From Lingula anatina (lineage: Eukaryota; Animalia; Brachiopoda), in NCBI GenBank assembly GCA_051362555.1, contig CM120644.1, positions 13,228,567 through 13,292,566 of the forward strand: 64,000 nt of DNA, written 5' to 3'. Below, in pieces: positions 51,054 through 63,628 of the stretch. Numbering within the stretch: the stretch's first letter is position 1; each line of letters starts with the position of its first letter. The notes below the pieces were generated by a model. That model was given only the letters and a program-made list of their open reading frames with translations, was not told where the DNA came from and made no database searches. A program made the translations under genes and the position numbers.

Positions 51054-54000
51054 TTATTCCATTTCGACGTCGTCATTTTCAGCATCATGCACATATTGGT
51101 TATTTACATCAAAAATGGCATCCATGAGACGTTTCCAAAACAAACGCTGTCCTTCTTGACTGCCTGTCCACTTTATATAGCCTTTTGCCTTAATGAATTT
51201 CCGAAGCGATTTCGTCATATCACCAAATGGCACCGTTTCAAACATGACTGGTATCACTGTGTTGTAACCACGAGCCAATGACATTTCAAACTCAAATTCA
51301 CACCACGAGTTTAGCACGAAGTTTTCTGATAGAACGAGAACTGTCTTCCTGCTGTTATCTACAGCTTCGACGATAGCTTCAGCAAGAGATGCTCCACCAA
51401 TGAAATCCCTCTCATCTATGATGACGTCAAGCTCGTTCTCTTCTAGATGACGTAAAAGTTCATTCATTACCCACTGGTAATTACCGTCATCGTATGAGAG
51501 GTACACGTGGCCAGGTGGCGGTTTGACGAACCCGTGTCTTCGTAACCGGCGGCGCAGAAGGTAAAAGCGATATCTAAAAGATTAAAAGAAAGCTATCCAA
51601 ACAAAAACGTAGCCAAACATTTGACCATGAAAATTCACGATTGAACAATATCGGATATGAGAAAAAAAAAGCCCCAAATGTATTTTGAACTTACAATACG
51701 CCAGAGCGTACTCATTTTGGTAGTGTTAGTTAAATAGGAGAATACTGCATCTAATAAGACATCTTTCAAAAATGCATATATACGTATAGATATTGCCAAA
51801 TATTTACAATAGAATAGAACAGTGACCTGTGAAAATCTATTTTAAATAAATGAGTATTGAAAAACAAAAAAATGTATTTTGAACAATACGTGAGAGCGTA
51901 CTCATTTTGCTAGTGTGGTTTGTTAGGAGCACACAATTAATAAACATCTTTCACAAAATTCATACAGGCTTATAGATATTGCCAAGTACAGTGTATTTGC
52001 AACAGAAAATAGTGAGAGTTTAAAATGAGTCAACAAGTATGATACTCACTGAATTGTCCAGCGATATATATACGCTAGTACAACCCCACAGGTCACGCTG
52101 GCCGTAATGGTCAGAGATATCCCAAGAGAAAGCCAGTGATTCAGGGTTGTGACCGATTTTGGAATGACGTCACATTCCCTCTCGAGTCTTTGCAATGTCA
52201 TATTAAGGGTTGAATTGGTGCCATTCGCATGACATGTCGAGTTGTTAGAGAAAGATACTGTTATATTTGAATCGATAACCCAGCGAGTGAATTCTTCACC
52301 ATCGCAACTGGCGCAGTCTACGGGATTGTTCGACATATTGAATACTAAATTGGAGCTTTTGTTTACCCTGTCAGTGAATTTCAATTCTGCTGGGGAGAGT
52401 GCGTGCAGCTTGTTGTTACTGAGGTTCATGTACTCAATAAATGCAAAGTTCATCCAACTGAAAGATACAGTCGTTATGTCATTGTTGCTCAGGTCAAGCC
52501 ATTTCAAGGAAATGAGATTGACAAAGAAATGTTTTGGTATCAGTCTGATGGAGTTCTGTGACAAATCAAGGTATTGGAGTCGAGGGAGGTCCAAGGGGTC
52601 AAGCCCACCTTTACCTATGAGAGATCCCATTTTATTGTCTTTAAGATAAAGTTCTCTCAATGCCGGTAAATCATGAAATAAAGTCTTTGGTACATAATAC
52701 AAGACATTATGAGACAGATCTACGAATTCCAAACGATGTAGTCCATACGGAGTGTAACAAGCATATGGAAGCCTTAGACCGACGGCACTCAATGAACGCA
52801 GATTGTTTGAGTAGAAGTACAAGCTCCCATTGACAGTATCGCAGTTAAATGGGCCATATTTAATAGTCGCCCACCAATTTAGTGATAAATATTCCAGTTG
52901 TTTAGGTAAAGTCATCTTGATTACAGGTAAGGGTATGGTTATGTTTGCAGACAGTTCTTCAGCGATAGGTGTGTCTGATTGATCCGTGGTTTTCGTGGTT
53001 GTTAGCAAAATCTCAGGATGTCCGTCCCAGAAGGAATGAGTTATTTCGCATTTTGGTTTTGGAGATCTATTGTGGATTACATTGTTGTCGATCTTCACGA
53101 ATTTCAAATTTGTTATGCTAATTTTTGCCATTAATGAAACGACCCAAGGATGATGATTTTTGGGATGATACAATATGTTGTTGTAGCTCAAGTCGAGGTA
53201 TTCTAAGTGTTTGAGATTTTGAAAAATGTTTTCTTTTACTTCAACGATATCATTATTGATTAGCTCCAAACTTCTGACTGTTTTATGTTTTAAACACTCA
53301 AATGTAGATGCCGAAATACTAAATTCGAACGGAGATTTTGTATGCATATCAACCATATCATTCATACGCAGCGTCTCGATCATGGTATTATTCAGATCAC
53401 ATATAAAATCTTGCAACTTTTCTGTTGAAGTAAAAATACTTCCCTCAACGTCTAGTATTTTGAGATTTGGAAAAGATGACATGACGTCACGCTCCACAGA
53501 GCTAAAGGCACAGTTAATGAATGCAAGCCTTTCTATTGGACAGTCTTTCAGTGACATAAACGCACGTCCTTTTAACTGCAAGTCGGTAGCAAAGGCAAAG
53601 TAAAAAGTTTCGTTAAAAACCAAAGTTTTCAGCGAAGTAAGATTACTGTAACCAGGACCAAGTGACAGGTCACCTAGTGGAACATATGGAAGAAAAAGCT
53701 GTTCCAGCTGCCGTAATGGAGCCATTGTACGGTCTATGTAATCCTGCTGAATGAGCTGAAATCGGTTCATATCATTAAGTTTAAGAATTTTCAAGCTGAT
53801 CAAGTCCTGGAAGAGGCCAGGTGGTAACAGAGTATAATCGAGGTTCACATCATAGGGGATAGGGGACAAATCTAAGTATTCCAGGGTCTCCAAACCAGCG
53901 AAACTATACTCACTGAACGCTTTTATGTTATTCCCTCCCACATAAAGAACTTTGAGTCTTTTCAGTTGACTTAAGGCGTAAGGTCGTATTTCGTTCAATC

Positions 54001-54226
54001 CGGCATGCCGTAGATCTAAATTCGTTGTATTTTGTGGCAAAGCAAGAAATGAATCGGCGATCGAGCTACCTGAGCAATTCACAATTAACTGCTTTTCCGG
54101 AATATATTGACACCGACAAAGTGATGGGCACGTATTCAGCGTTTGGTTCACAGTCGCAGCCAAAGTGTTGCTCAAGCTCCACCAAAGTCCCACAAGGAAC
54201 AGAGTTGTTTTTTTCACTGCCTGCAT
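51054..54226 (-). CDS. TLR: Toll-like receptor, copy 1, intact, ~898 aa (signal peptide, LRRNT, LRRs, LRRCT, TM, TIR)
   Basis: Exons 52050-54226 and 51054-51573 (phase 2, GTGAGT/TTTTAG). Motifs CPSLCRC, LxxLDLSxN repeats, NNPVDCASC, TM LSLGISLTITASVTCGVVLAYIY, and TIR VYLSY..., ERDFIGG, SRKTVLVLSENF..SWCEFE, FWKRL. Confidence 0.95.
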
Positions 54227-54421
54227 TGTCGTGGTGTCCCTTTCACTTTAAGGAATCGACTCTAATTGATAATTTAGTCGTAACCTCCCTTTGCTTCGAT
54301 CTACATATATAATTTCTTACATTTGTAAAAATACATCTCTACATTTTCGACAGATAAAACATCTCAGACGCACATGAAGAATGCGGAACCCTAGACGCAT
54401 GAGAACCTTTTAATTTACAAA

Positions 54422-54668
54422 TTTTATAGTCGCAAAATTTCCGTTGAGTCACTTCCTTATCCATTATAAAAATATCGTAAAATTCGTGGTATAATGACAC
54501 TACCAGAATACTCTTTATTGTGTCTAGGAACGTCTTCTTTTTGTGTATCTTGTTGACAAGTATAGAAAAGAAAGCATTATGTGACCTTGTCAGATGTTTG
54601 AAAGAGCTTTGCGTAAACCTTTGTGTGACTGCTTATTTCCTCGGGGCTAACAAACCTGGGGAATTCCC
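54422..54668 (-). promoter_or_regulatory. Putative TLR copy-1 promoter: TATA (54422-54428), AP-1/ETS composite TGAGTCACTTCCT (54445-54457), NF-kB site GGGGAATTCCC (54658-54668)
   Basis: Consensus matches, conserved in the same order upstream of copy 2 (60005-60017, 60207-60217) and the diverged copy 3 (63170-63182, 63384-63394). Confidence 0.65.
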
Positions 54669-56086
54669 ATCTAGCTAGTGGGGTAAGCTTATTGGCTTGA
54701 AGTAGGCTGTGGGAAATGTGTCGCGGCACTTTTCTTAACCCAACAATTTTTAGATTTAGGATTTGTTCCCCACACCTTTTTTTTATTTTGGAGGGGGGGG
54801 GGGGGGGTGCGTGGTGGAATGTTCCTATCCATGGTTGTTTGATCAATTTTCATTTGTTTTTCACATGTAGTTTTTATTTCCTCTCAGTGAACAGTCACTT
54901 TACAGTTCACTCATTTTCATTGATTCACAGTTTATTTTCAAATGATATGTTTTAAGTCTATAACTTTACAGGAATGAGATGCTAATAAGTTGAAGACGGC
55001 AGTGATACATACCACATATTCTTCTAAATATTTTATTAACGTTATGTCATGCTTTATCTTTTGTAACACTTATTCTCACTGATGAACAACTACTTGACAT
55101 TTTAGTCAATCTTACTTATGTATTTATTTATTATTTTAATAATGTGATGACTAGCCAGGGCATCCATCCATTGGAAGACGGCAACATGTTCTGGACCGAA
55201 CGGCTATATAGGGTACCGTTAGAAAGAATGTTTATCGGATGGGTAGAAAGCATTTTGTAACACCTATAGTAATGGTGTAAGTACCATACTTTATGTGAAT
55301 CTACCTGTAGCAACAAGGATACCTGAATTGTGATAACTTTGGATTGATTCAACAATTTTAAGGGGGGAGGGAAACAATTACATTTGTACAGTGAAGTGTT
55401 TAAATTTGACAGATATTTTTGTTGCTTAGACAGAAATGGAAGAAAGAAGAATATTATAGAAAAGGCTTTCGAGCAGGAGTCTCAATGTCCATGAGAAAAG
55501 AAAAAATCATCAGACCTTTACAAACTTATGTTTATAAAAAACATATTTTGCTTTTCAAAGATGAAAAGTATTATTGGAAAGGTGGATAAATCATTATTGT
55601 TAACTCGTTATTTTGGCTGGGGAATCAAGATTTTGGTTGTACTCATTGTGATGACTGATTTTTTTAGATAGAACACTAACTGGGCTATTTACCTTGAGAT
55701 TTTCAAAATGATATCTCTAATCACTACGCAATAAATGGAGGATAAAACGCATATAAAAGAGCTCTACAAACGTCATTGTTTAGTTTTTGTTACCGAACCG
55801 TACTGCAAGGTACTTTGGTTATAGTTAAATATGGTGTAAATATATATATTCACAGCAAAGTACAAAGATCATGAAATATCAACGTCGACTCCAGCAATGA
55901 CCAAATCTTATAATGGAAACAAACCTTCAATTAAAAAACCGTTTTTGAGTCATCAGTTCCTTCAATAGGGGTTCGTGCTGATGGATTAAGTATCTGTAGA
56001 GGGTTCAGTTGAACAATGGTTGATGTTGTTTAGGGTTCCCAGTATTATTTAGTTAAAAAAATAGATCCGTTTTCTACCACCATTAA

Positions 56087-56424
56087 AGCAATAATAACTC
56101 TTCGTTTCGGCCAAAAAATGAATTTTTCCTGGAGTAAACAAAAATTTTCCCATACTTACCAATGGTTAATGAATCCATTTTTACATTCAAAGTTAGTCCC
56201 TGGTTTTTTTCTAAAAAGTTTGGTTTTTTGTTAAAATCTCTTAAGAGATTTTAACAGAGTACAGACATCAGTGGAGGTCACGTGGTCTAGAGACAAGTTC
56301 AGATATCAGAACAATAGCTATAACTGCTGTTTTTGTGGTAAAACAGAATATATTATATTTCTATGAGTTATTCACAAGGTTTTTATTGTGAAATATAGAT
56401 CTCATACGAAGAGTTATTATCCCT
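56087..56424. mobile_element. Kolobok-like MITE, copy 3
   Basis: Same sequence family, TTAA flanks, left TIR mutated to AGCAATAATAACTC. Confidence 0.85.
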
Positions 56425-56780
56425 TTAAGATAGAGGGGTACAGCAGCATTGAAGTGTTGGTGACGAAAAACGTGAGCTCATGCAAACATAAAGGGTAAAT
56501 GCATCACAGACATACCCAATACTTGATTTCAAATTAAACACCGAGATATTTAAATGTATATGGTAGCTCACGGGATAAAAATAGCGTCAATAACAATCAC
56601 GTGGAAGAAATGACGGGAAAAGGGAAGACCAAATAATATCAGCTTTTACATTTCTTTTTATTCTTTTCCATTTGCATGTGCTATAAAAATGCACTATTCT
56701 CAGACCCAGTGTTTAATATATTAAACAAATCTAAACATGTTTTCCGTTTTTCACATTAGTTCTTTGGCTTTGTGTGTATG

Positions 56781-59778
56781 TTAAACCATTTCAGCGTCGT
56801 CATTTTCAGCATCATGCACATATTGGTTATTTACATCAAAAATAGCATCCATGAGACGTTTCCAAAACAAACGCTGTCCTTCTTGGCTGCCTGTCCACTT
56901 TATATAGCCTTTTACCTTGATGAATTTCCGAAGCGATTTCGTCATATCACCAAATGGCACCGTTTCAAACATGACTGGTATCACCGAATTGTAACCACGA
57001 GCCAATGACATTTCAAACTCAAATTCACACCACGAGTTTAGCACAAAGTTTTCTGATAGAACGAGAACTGTCTTCCTACAGCTTCGACGATAGCTTCAGC
57101 AAGAGATGCTCCAACAATGAAATCCCTCTCATCTATGATGACGTCAAGCTCGTTCTCTTCTAGATGACGTAAAAGTTCATTCATTACCCACTGGTAATTA
57201 CCGTCATCGTATGAGAGGTACACGTGGCCAGGTGGCGGTTTGACGAACCCGTGTCTTCGTAACCGGCGGCGCAGAAGGTAAAAGCGATATCTAAAAGAAT
57301 GAAAGAAAGTTATCCAAACAAAAACATAGCCAAACTTTTGAAAATGAAAATTTATGATTCAGCTATATCTGATATAAGAAAAAAAGCCCCAAATGTACTT
57401 TAAACTTTCAATACGCGAGAGCGTACTCATTTCGTGGTGTGAGTTGAATAGGAGAATACTGCATCTAATAAAACATCTTTCAAAAATGCTTATATACGTA
57501 TAGAAATTGCCAAATACTTGCAAAAGAAAATAACAGTGACCTATGCAAATCTATTTCAAATAAATGAGTATTTAAAATGAGTCAACAAATATGATACTCA
57601 CTGAATTGTCCAGCGATATATATACGCTAGTACAACCCCACAGGCCACGCTGGCCGTAATGGTCAGAGATATCCCAAGAGACAGCCAGTGATTCAGGGTT
57701 GTGACCGATTTTGGAATGACGTCACATTCTCTCTCGAGTCTTTGCAATGTCATATTTAGGGTTGCATCGGTGCCATTTGCATGACATGTCGAGTCGTTCG
57801 AGAATAATACTGTAATATTTGAATCGATAACCCAGCGAGCGAATTCTTCACTATCGCAACTGGCGCAGTCTACAGGATTGTTCGACATATTAAATACTAA
57901 ATTGGAGCTTGCGTTTATCCTATCAGTGAATTTCAATTCTGCTGGGGAGAGTGCGTGCAGCTTGTTGTTATCGAGGTTCATGTACTCAATAAATGCAAAG
58001 TTCATCCAACTGAAAGATACGGTCGTTATGTCATTGTTGCTCAGGTCAAGCCATTTCAAGGAAACGAGATTGACAAAGAAATGTTTTGGTATCAGTCTGA
58101 TGGAGTTCTGTGACAAATCAAGGTATTGAAGCCGAGGGAGGTCCAAGGGGTCAAGCCCACCTTCACCTATGAGAGATCCCATTTTATTGTCTTTAAGATA
58201 AAGTTCTCTCAGTGCCGGTAAATCGTGAAAAAAATTCTTTGGTACATAAAACAAGTTATTATGAGACAGATCTACAAATTCCAGGCGATGTAGTCCATAC
58301 GGAGTGTAACAAGCATATGGAAGCCTTAGACCCAGGGCACTCAATGAACGCAGATTGTTTGCGTAGAAGTACGCACTCCCATTTTCAGTACCGCAGTTAA
58401 ATGGGTCAAATTGAAAATTCGGCCACCAGTTTAATGATAAATATTCCAGGTGTTTCGGTAACGCAATCTTGATTACAGGTAAGGGTACAGTTATGTTTGG
58501 AGACAGCTCTTTAGCATTAGGTTTGTCTGATTGATCCGTGGCTTTCGTGGCTGTTTGCCAAATCTCAGGATGTCCGTCCCAGAAGGAACGAGCTATTTCG
58601 CTTTTCGGTTTCAGAGATTTATCGTGGATTACATTGTAGTCGATTTTCAAAAATGTCAAATTTGTTAGGCTAATTTTTGTCATAAATGAAACGGCACGAG
58701 GATGATTATCCTTGATTTGATACAATATGTTGTTGTAGCTTAGGTCGAGGTACTCTAAGTGTTTGAGATTTTGAAAAATGTTTTCTTTAACTTTAACAAT
58801 ATCATTATTGATAAGCTCCAAACTTCTGACTGTTTTATGTTTTAAACATTCGAATGTAGATGCCGAAATACTGAATTCAAACGGAGATTTTGTGTTCATA
58901 TCAACCATATCATTCATACGCAGTGTCTCGATCATGGTATTATTCAAGTCACATATGAAATCTTGCAACTTTTCTGTTGAAGTAAAAATACTTCCCTCAA
59001 CGTCTAGTATTTTGAGATTTGGAAAAGATGACATGACGTCACGCTCCACAGTGCTAAAGGCACAGTTAATAAATGCAAGCCTTTCTATTGGACAGTCTTT
59101 CAATGACATAAACGCACGTCCTTTTAACTGCAAGTCGGTAGCAAAGGCAAAGTAAAAAGTTTCGTTAAAAACTAAAGTTTTCAGCGAAGTAAGATTACTG
59201 TAACCAGGACCAAGTGAAAGGTCACCAAGTGGAACATATGGAAGAAAAAGCTGTTCCAGCTGCCGTAATGGGGCCATTGTACGGTCTATGTAATCCTGCT
59301 GAATGAGCTGAAATCGGTTCATATCATTAAGTTTTAGAATTTTCAAGCTGATCAAGTCCTGGAACAGGCCAGGTGGTAACAGAGTATAATCGAGGTTCAC
59401 ATCATAATGGATAGGGGACAAATCTAAGTATTCCAGGGTCTCCAAACCAGCAAAACTATACTCACTGAACGCCTTAATGTTATTCCCTCCCACATAAAGA
59501 ACTTTGAGTCTTTTCAGCTGACTTAAGGCGTAAGGTCGTATTTCGTTCAATCCGGCATGCCGTAGATCTAAATTCGTTGTATTTTGTGGCAAAGCAAGAA
59601 ATGAATTGGCGATCGAGCTACCTGAGCAATTCACAATTAACTGCTTTTCCGGAATATATTGACACCGACAAAGTGATGGGCACGTATTCAGCGTTTGGTT
59701 CACAGTCGCAGCCAAAGTGTTGCTCAAGCTCCACCAAAGTCCCACAAGGAACAGAGTTGTTTTTTTCACTGCCTGCAT
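56781..59778 (-). pseudogene. TLR: Toll-like receptor, copy 2: intact ectodomain and TM, TIR frameshifted by a 10-bp deletion (pseudogene or truncated ~809-aa receptor)
   Basis: Exons 57602-59778 and 56781-57290. GCTGTTATCT of copy 1 (51351-51360) is missing at ~57077, giving EAVGRQFSFYQKTLC* (stop at 57038). The rest of the TIR is intact in another frame to 56781. Confidence 0.85.
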
Positions 59779-61632
59779 TGTCGTGGTGTCCCTTTCACTT
59801 TAAGGAATCGACTCTAATTGATAATTTAGTCGTAACCTCCCTTTGCTTCGATCTACATATATAATTTCTTACATTTGTAAAAATACATCTCTACATTTTC
59901 GACAGATAAAACATTTCAGACGCACATGAAGAATGCAGAACCCTAGACGCATGAGAACCTTTTATTTGCATTATTGGTGAAATTTATAGTCTCAAAATTT
60001 CCGATGAGTCACTTCCTTATCCATTATAAAAATAATGGAATAATGACACTACCAGTATACTCTTTATTGTGTCTTGGAACGTCTTATTTTTGTGTATCTT
60101 GTTGAAAAGTATAGAAAAGAAAGCATTATGTGACCTTGTCAGATTTTTGAAAGAGCTTTGCGTAAACCTTTGTGTGACTGCTTATTTCCTCGGGGCTAAC
60201 AAACCTGGGGAATTCCCATCTAGCTAGTGGGGTAAGCTTATTGGCTTGAAGTAGGCTGTGGGGAATGTGTCGTGGTACTTTTCTTAACCCAACAATTTTT
60301 AGATTTAGGATTTGTTCCCCACACCTTTTTTTTTTTTTTTTGGAGGGGGGGGGAGCGTGGTGGAATGTTCCTATCCATGGTTGTTTGATCAATTTTCATT
60401 TGTTTTTCACATGTAGTTTTTATTTCCTCTCAGTGAACAGTCACTTTACAGTTCACTCATTTTCATTGATTCACAGTTTATTTTCAAATGATATGTTTTA
60501 AGTCTATAACTTTGCAGGAATGAGATGCTAATAAGTTGAAGACGGCAGTGATACATACCACATATTCTTCTAAATATTTTATTAACGTTATGTCATGCTT
60601 TATCTTTTGTAACACTTATTCTCACTGATGAACAACTACTTGACATTTTAGTCAATCTTACTTATGTATTTATTTATTATTTTAATAATGTGATGACTAG
60701 CCAGGGCATCCATCCATTGGAAGACGGCAATATGTTCTGAACCAAACGGCTATATAGGGTACCGTTAGAAAGAATGTTAATCGGGTGGGTAGAAAGCATT
60801 TTGTAACACCTATAGTAATGGTGTAAGTACCATACTTTATGTGAATCTACCTGTAGCAACAAGGATACCTGAATTGTGATAACTTTGGATTGATTCAACA
60901 ATTTTAAGGGGGGAGGGAAACAATTACATTTGTACAGTGAAGTGTTTAAATTTGACAGATATTTTTGTTGCTTAGACAGAAATGGAAAAAAGAAGAATAT
61001 TATAGAAAAGGCTTTCGAGCAGGAGTCTCAATGTCCATGAGAAAAGAAAAAATCATCAAACCTTTACAAACTTATGTTTATAAAAAACATATTTTGCTTT
61101 TCAAAGATGAAAAGTATTATTGGAAAGGTGGATAAATCATTATTGTTAACTCGTTATTTTGGCTGGGGAATCAAGATTTTGGTTGTACTCATTGTGATGA
61201 CTGATTTTTTTAGATAGAACACTAACTGGGCTATTTACCTTGAGATTTTCAAAATGATATCTCTAATCACTACGCAATAAATGGAGGATAAAACGCATAT
61301 AAAAGAGCTCTACAAACGTCATTGTTTAGTTTTTGTTACCGAACCGTACTGCAAGGTACTTTGGTTATAGTTAAATATGGTGTAAATATATATATTCACA
61401 GCAAAGTACAAAGATCATGAAATATCAACGTCGACTCCAGCAATGACCAAATCTTATAATGGAAACAAACCTTCAATTAAAAAACCGTTTTTGAGTCATC
61501 AGTTCCTTCAATAGGGGTTCGTGCTGATGGATTAAGTATCTGTAGAGGGTTCAGTTGAACAATGGTTGATGTTGTTTAGGGTTCCCAGTATTATTTGGTT
61601 AAAAAAATAGATCCGTTTTCTACCACCATTAA

Positions 61633-61970
61633 AGCAATAATAACTCTTCGTTTCGGCCAAAAAATGAATTTTTCCTGGAGTAAACAAAAATTTTCCCATA
61701 CTTACCAATGGTTAATGAATCCAGTTTTACATTCAAAGTTAGTCCCTGGTTTTTTTCTAAAAAGTTTGGTTTTTTGTTAAAATCTCTTAAGAGATTTTAA
61801 CAGAGTACAGACATCAATGGAGGTCACGTGGTCTAGAGACAAGTTCAGATATCAGAACAATAGCTATAACTGCTGTTTTTGTGGTAAAACAGAATATATT
61901 ATATTTCTATGAGTTATTCACAAGGTTTTTATTGTGAAATATAGATCTCATACGAAGAGTTATTATCCCT
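61633..61970. mobile_element. Kolobok-like MITE, copy 4 (duplicated along with the TLR unit)
   Basis: Shares the AGCAATAATAAC left-end mutation and left flank with copy 3. Right flank is TTAC, running straight into TLR coding sequence. Confidence 0.85.
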
Positions 61971-62832
61971 TTACGCAATGTCTCGATCATGGTATTATTC
62001 AGATCACATATAAAGTTTTCCAACTTTTTTGCTGAAGTAAAATTACCACGCTCAACGTCTAGTATTTTGAGATTTGGAAAAGATGACATGACGTCAGGCT
62101 CCACAGAGCTAAAGGCACAGTTAATAAATGCAAGCCTTTCTACTGGATTGTCTTTCAATGACATAAACGCTTGCCTCTTTAACTGCAAGTCGGAAGTTCT
62201 GCGAAACGTATCGCTGAAAACCAAAGTTTTCAGCGAAGTAAGATTACTGTAACCAGGACCAAGTGAAAGGTCACCTAGTGGAATATATGGAAGAAAAAGC
62301 TGTTCAAGCTGCCCTAATGGTGCCATTGTACGGTCTATGTAATCTCGCTGAATGAGCTGAGATCGTTCCACATCATAAAGAAGTTTAAGAATTTTCAAGC
62401 TGACCAAGTCCTGGGCAGGCCAGGTGGTAACAGAGTATAATCGAGGTTCACATCATAGGGGATAGGGGACAAATCTAAGTATTCCAGGGTCTCCAAACCA
62501 GCAAAACTATACTCACTGAACGCTTTTATGTTATTCCCTCCCACATAAAGAACTTTGAGTCTTTTCAGTTGACTGAAGGCGTAAGGGCATAATTCGTTCA
62601 ATCCGGCATGACGAAGATCCAGGTTCGTTGTATTTCGTGGCAAAGCAAGCGGTGAATCGCCGATCGAGCTACCTGAGCAGTCCACGATTAACTGCGTTTC
62701 CGGAATATATTGACACCGACACAGTGATGGGCACGTATTCAGCGCTTGGTTCACAATCACAGTCGCCAAAGTGTTGCTCAAGTTCCACCACAGTCCCACG
62801 AGGAACAGAGTTTCTTTTTTCACTGCCTGCAT
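61971..62832 (-). pseudogene. TLR: Toll-like receptor, copy 3: 5' fragment only, frameshifted and truncated
   Basis: MQAVKKETLFLVGLWW...LLPPGL, then a 1-bp deletion at ~62416 (GGGCAGG vs GGAAGAGG). Homology continues in the next frame to NNTMIETLR and stops at the MITE end. Confidence 0.9.
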
Positions 62833-63412
62833 TGTCTTGGTGTCCCTTTCTCTTTATGTAAACGAACGATACTTCGTCTCTCACATGAGTATTTCGACCA
62901 AGTTTAGACAAGTTTAGTAATTGAATACACCGTCACATTCATGCACACAAGTCGTTTGTGAACTGATTGATGTGATCAAATACTTGATCTCTCACTTAAT
63001 TATTTCGAACAAGTTCCGACAGGTTATGTTGCTTCTCTTCGTCTTCACGTACATGCTCTCGTATATGTCGTTTGTGCATAGATTGATTTGACCAAATAAA
63101 TACCGCAGAGACACTAAAGATCTTGGTATTTAAGAGCTAAAATCTATTTTATAGTTGCAAACTCTCCTTTGAGTCACTTCCTTGACAATTATAAGAAAGA
63201 TCTCGTGGATTGCTTGAATGATCACCCGATTTGAATACTCGTTCTTTTTTACAGAAAATGTCTTCCGTATGCGCGTTTTGTTGACGAAAGAATGAAAGCT
63301 TTGTGTGATTTCGTCGAATGTTTGTAAGGGCTTTGCGTGTAAACTTTGTGTGACTGTGTTTTTCTTTGGGGCTAAAATATAGTGGGGACTCCCCAGCAAG
63401 TTTGTTGGGTAA

Positions 63413-63628
63413 GACCCCATTCTCATACCTAATGCGATAAAGCAGGATCGATCAATCTTCGAGGAGATTCTCGCTAAATTGAATTTAGCTTTAGCAGAAC
63501 TGATGTCTGGCACACTTACTGAAGCTGCTAAACGACAGTTAATTACCCACTTACAGCTTCAGTAGGCGTGCCAGACATCAGAAGTTGGGCCGATTCTGCG
63601 AGATCTATCTAGGAATGGGAATGGGGTC
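63413..63628. mobile_element. Harbinger-like MITE inserted in the TLR copy-3 promoter
   Basis: GACCCCATTC...GAATGGGGTC termini with a TAA TSD. Copies 1 and 2 have the empty site GGGTAAGCT. Confidence 0.75.

Noticed and set aside
52242-59864. Plus-strand ORFs overlapping the TLRs, and duplicated short ORFs at 54577-55355 / 60126-60901
   Set aside because: Antisense shadows, or non-coding DNA conserved only because of the recent tandem duplication.
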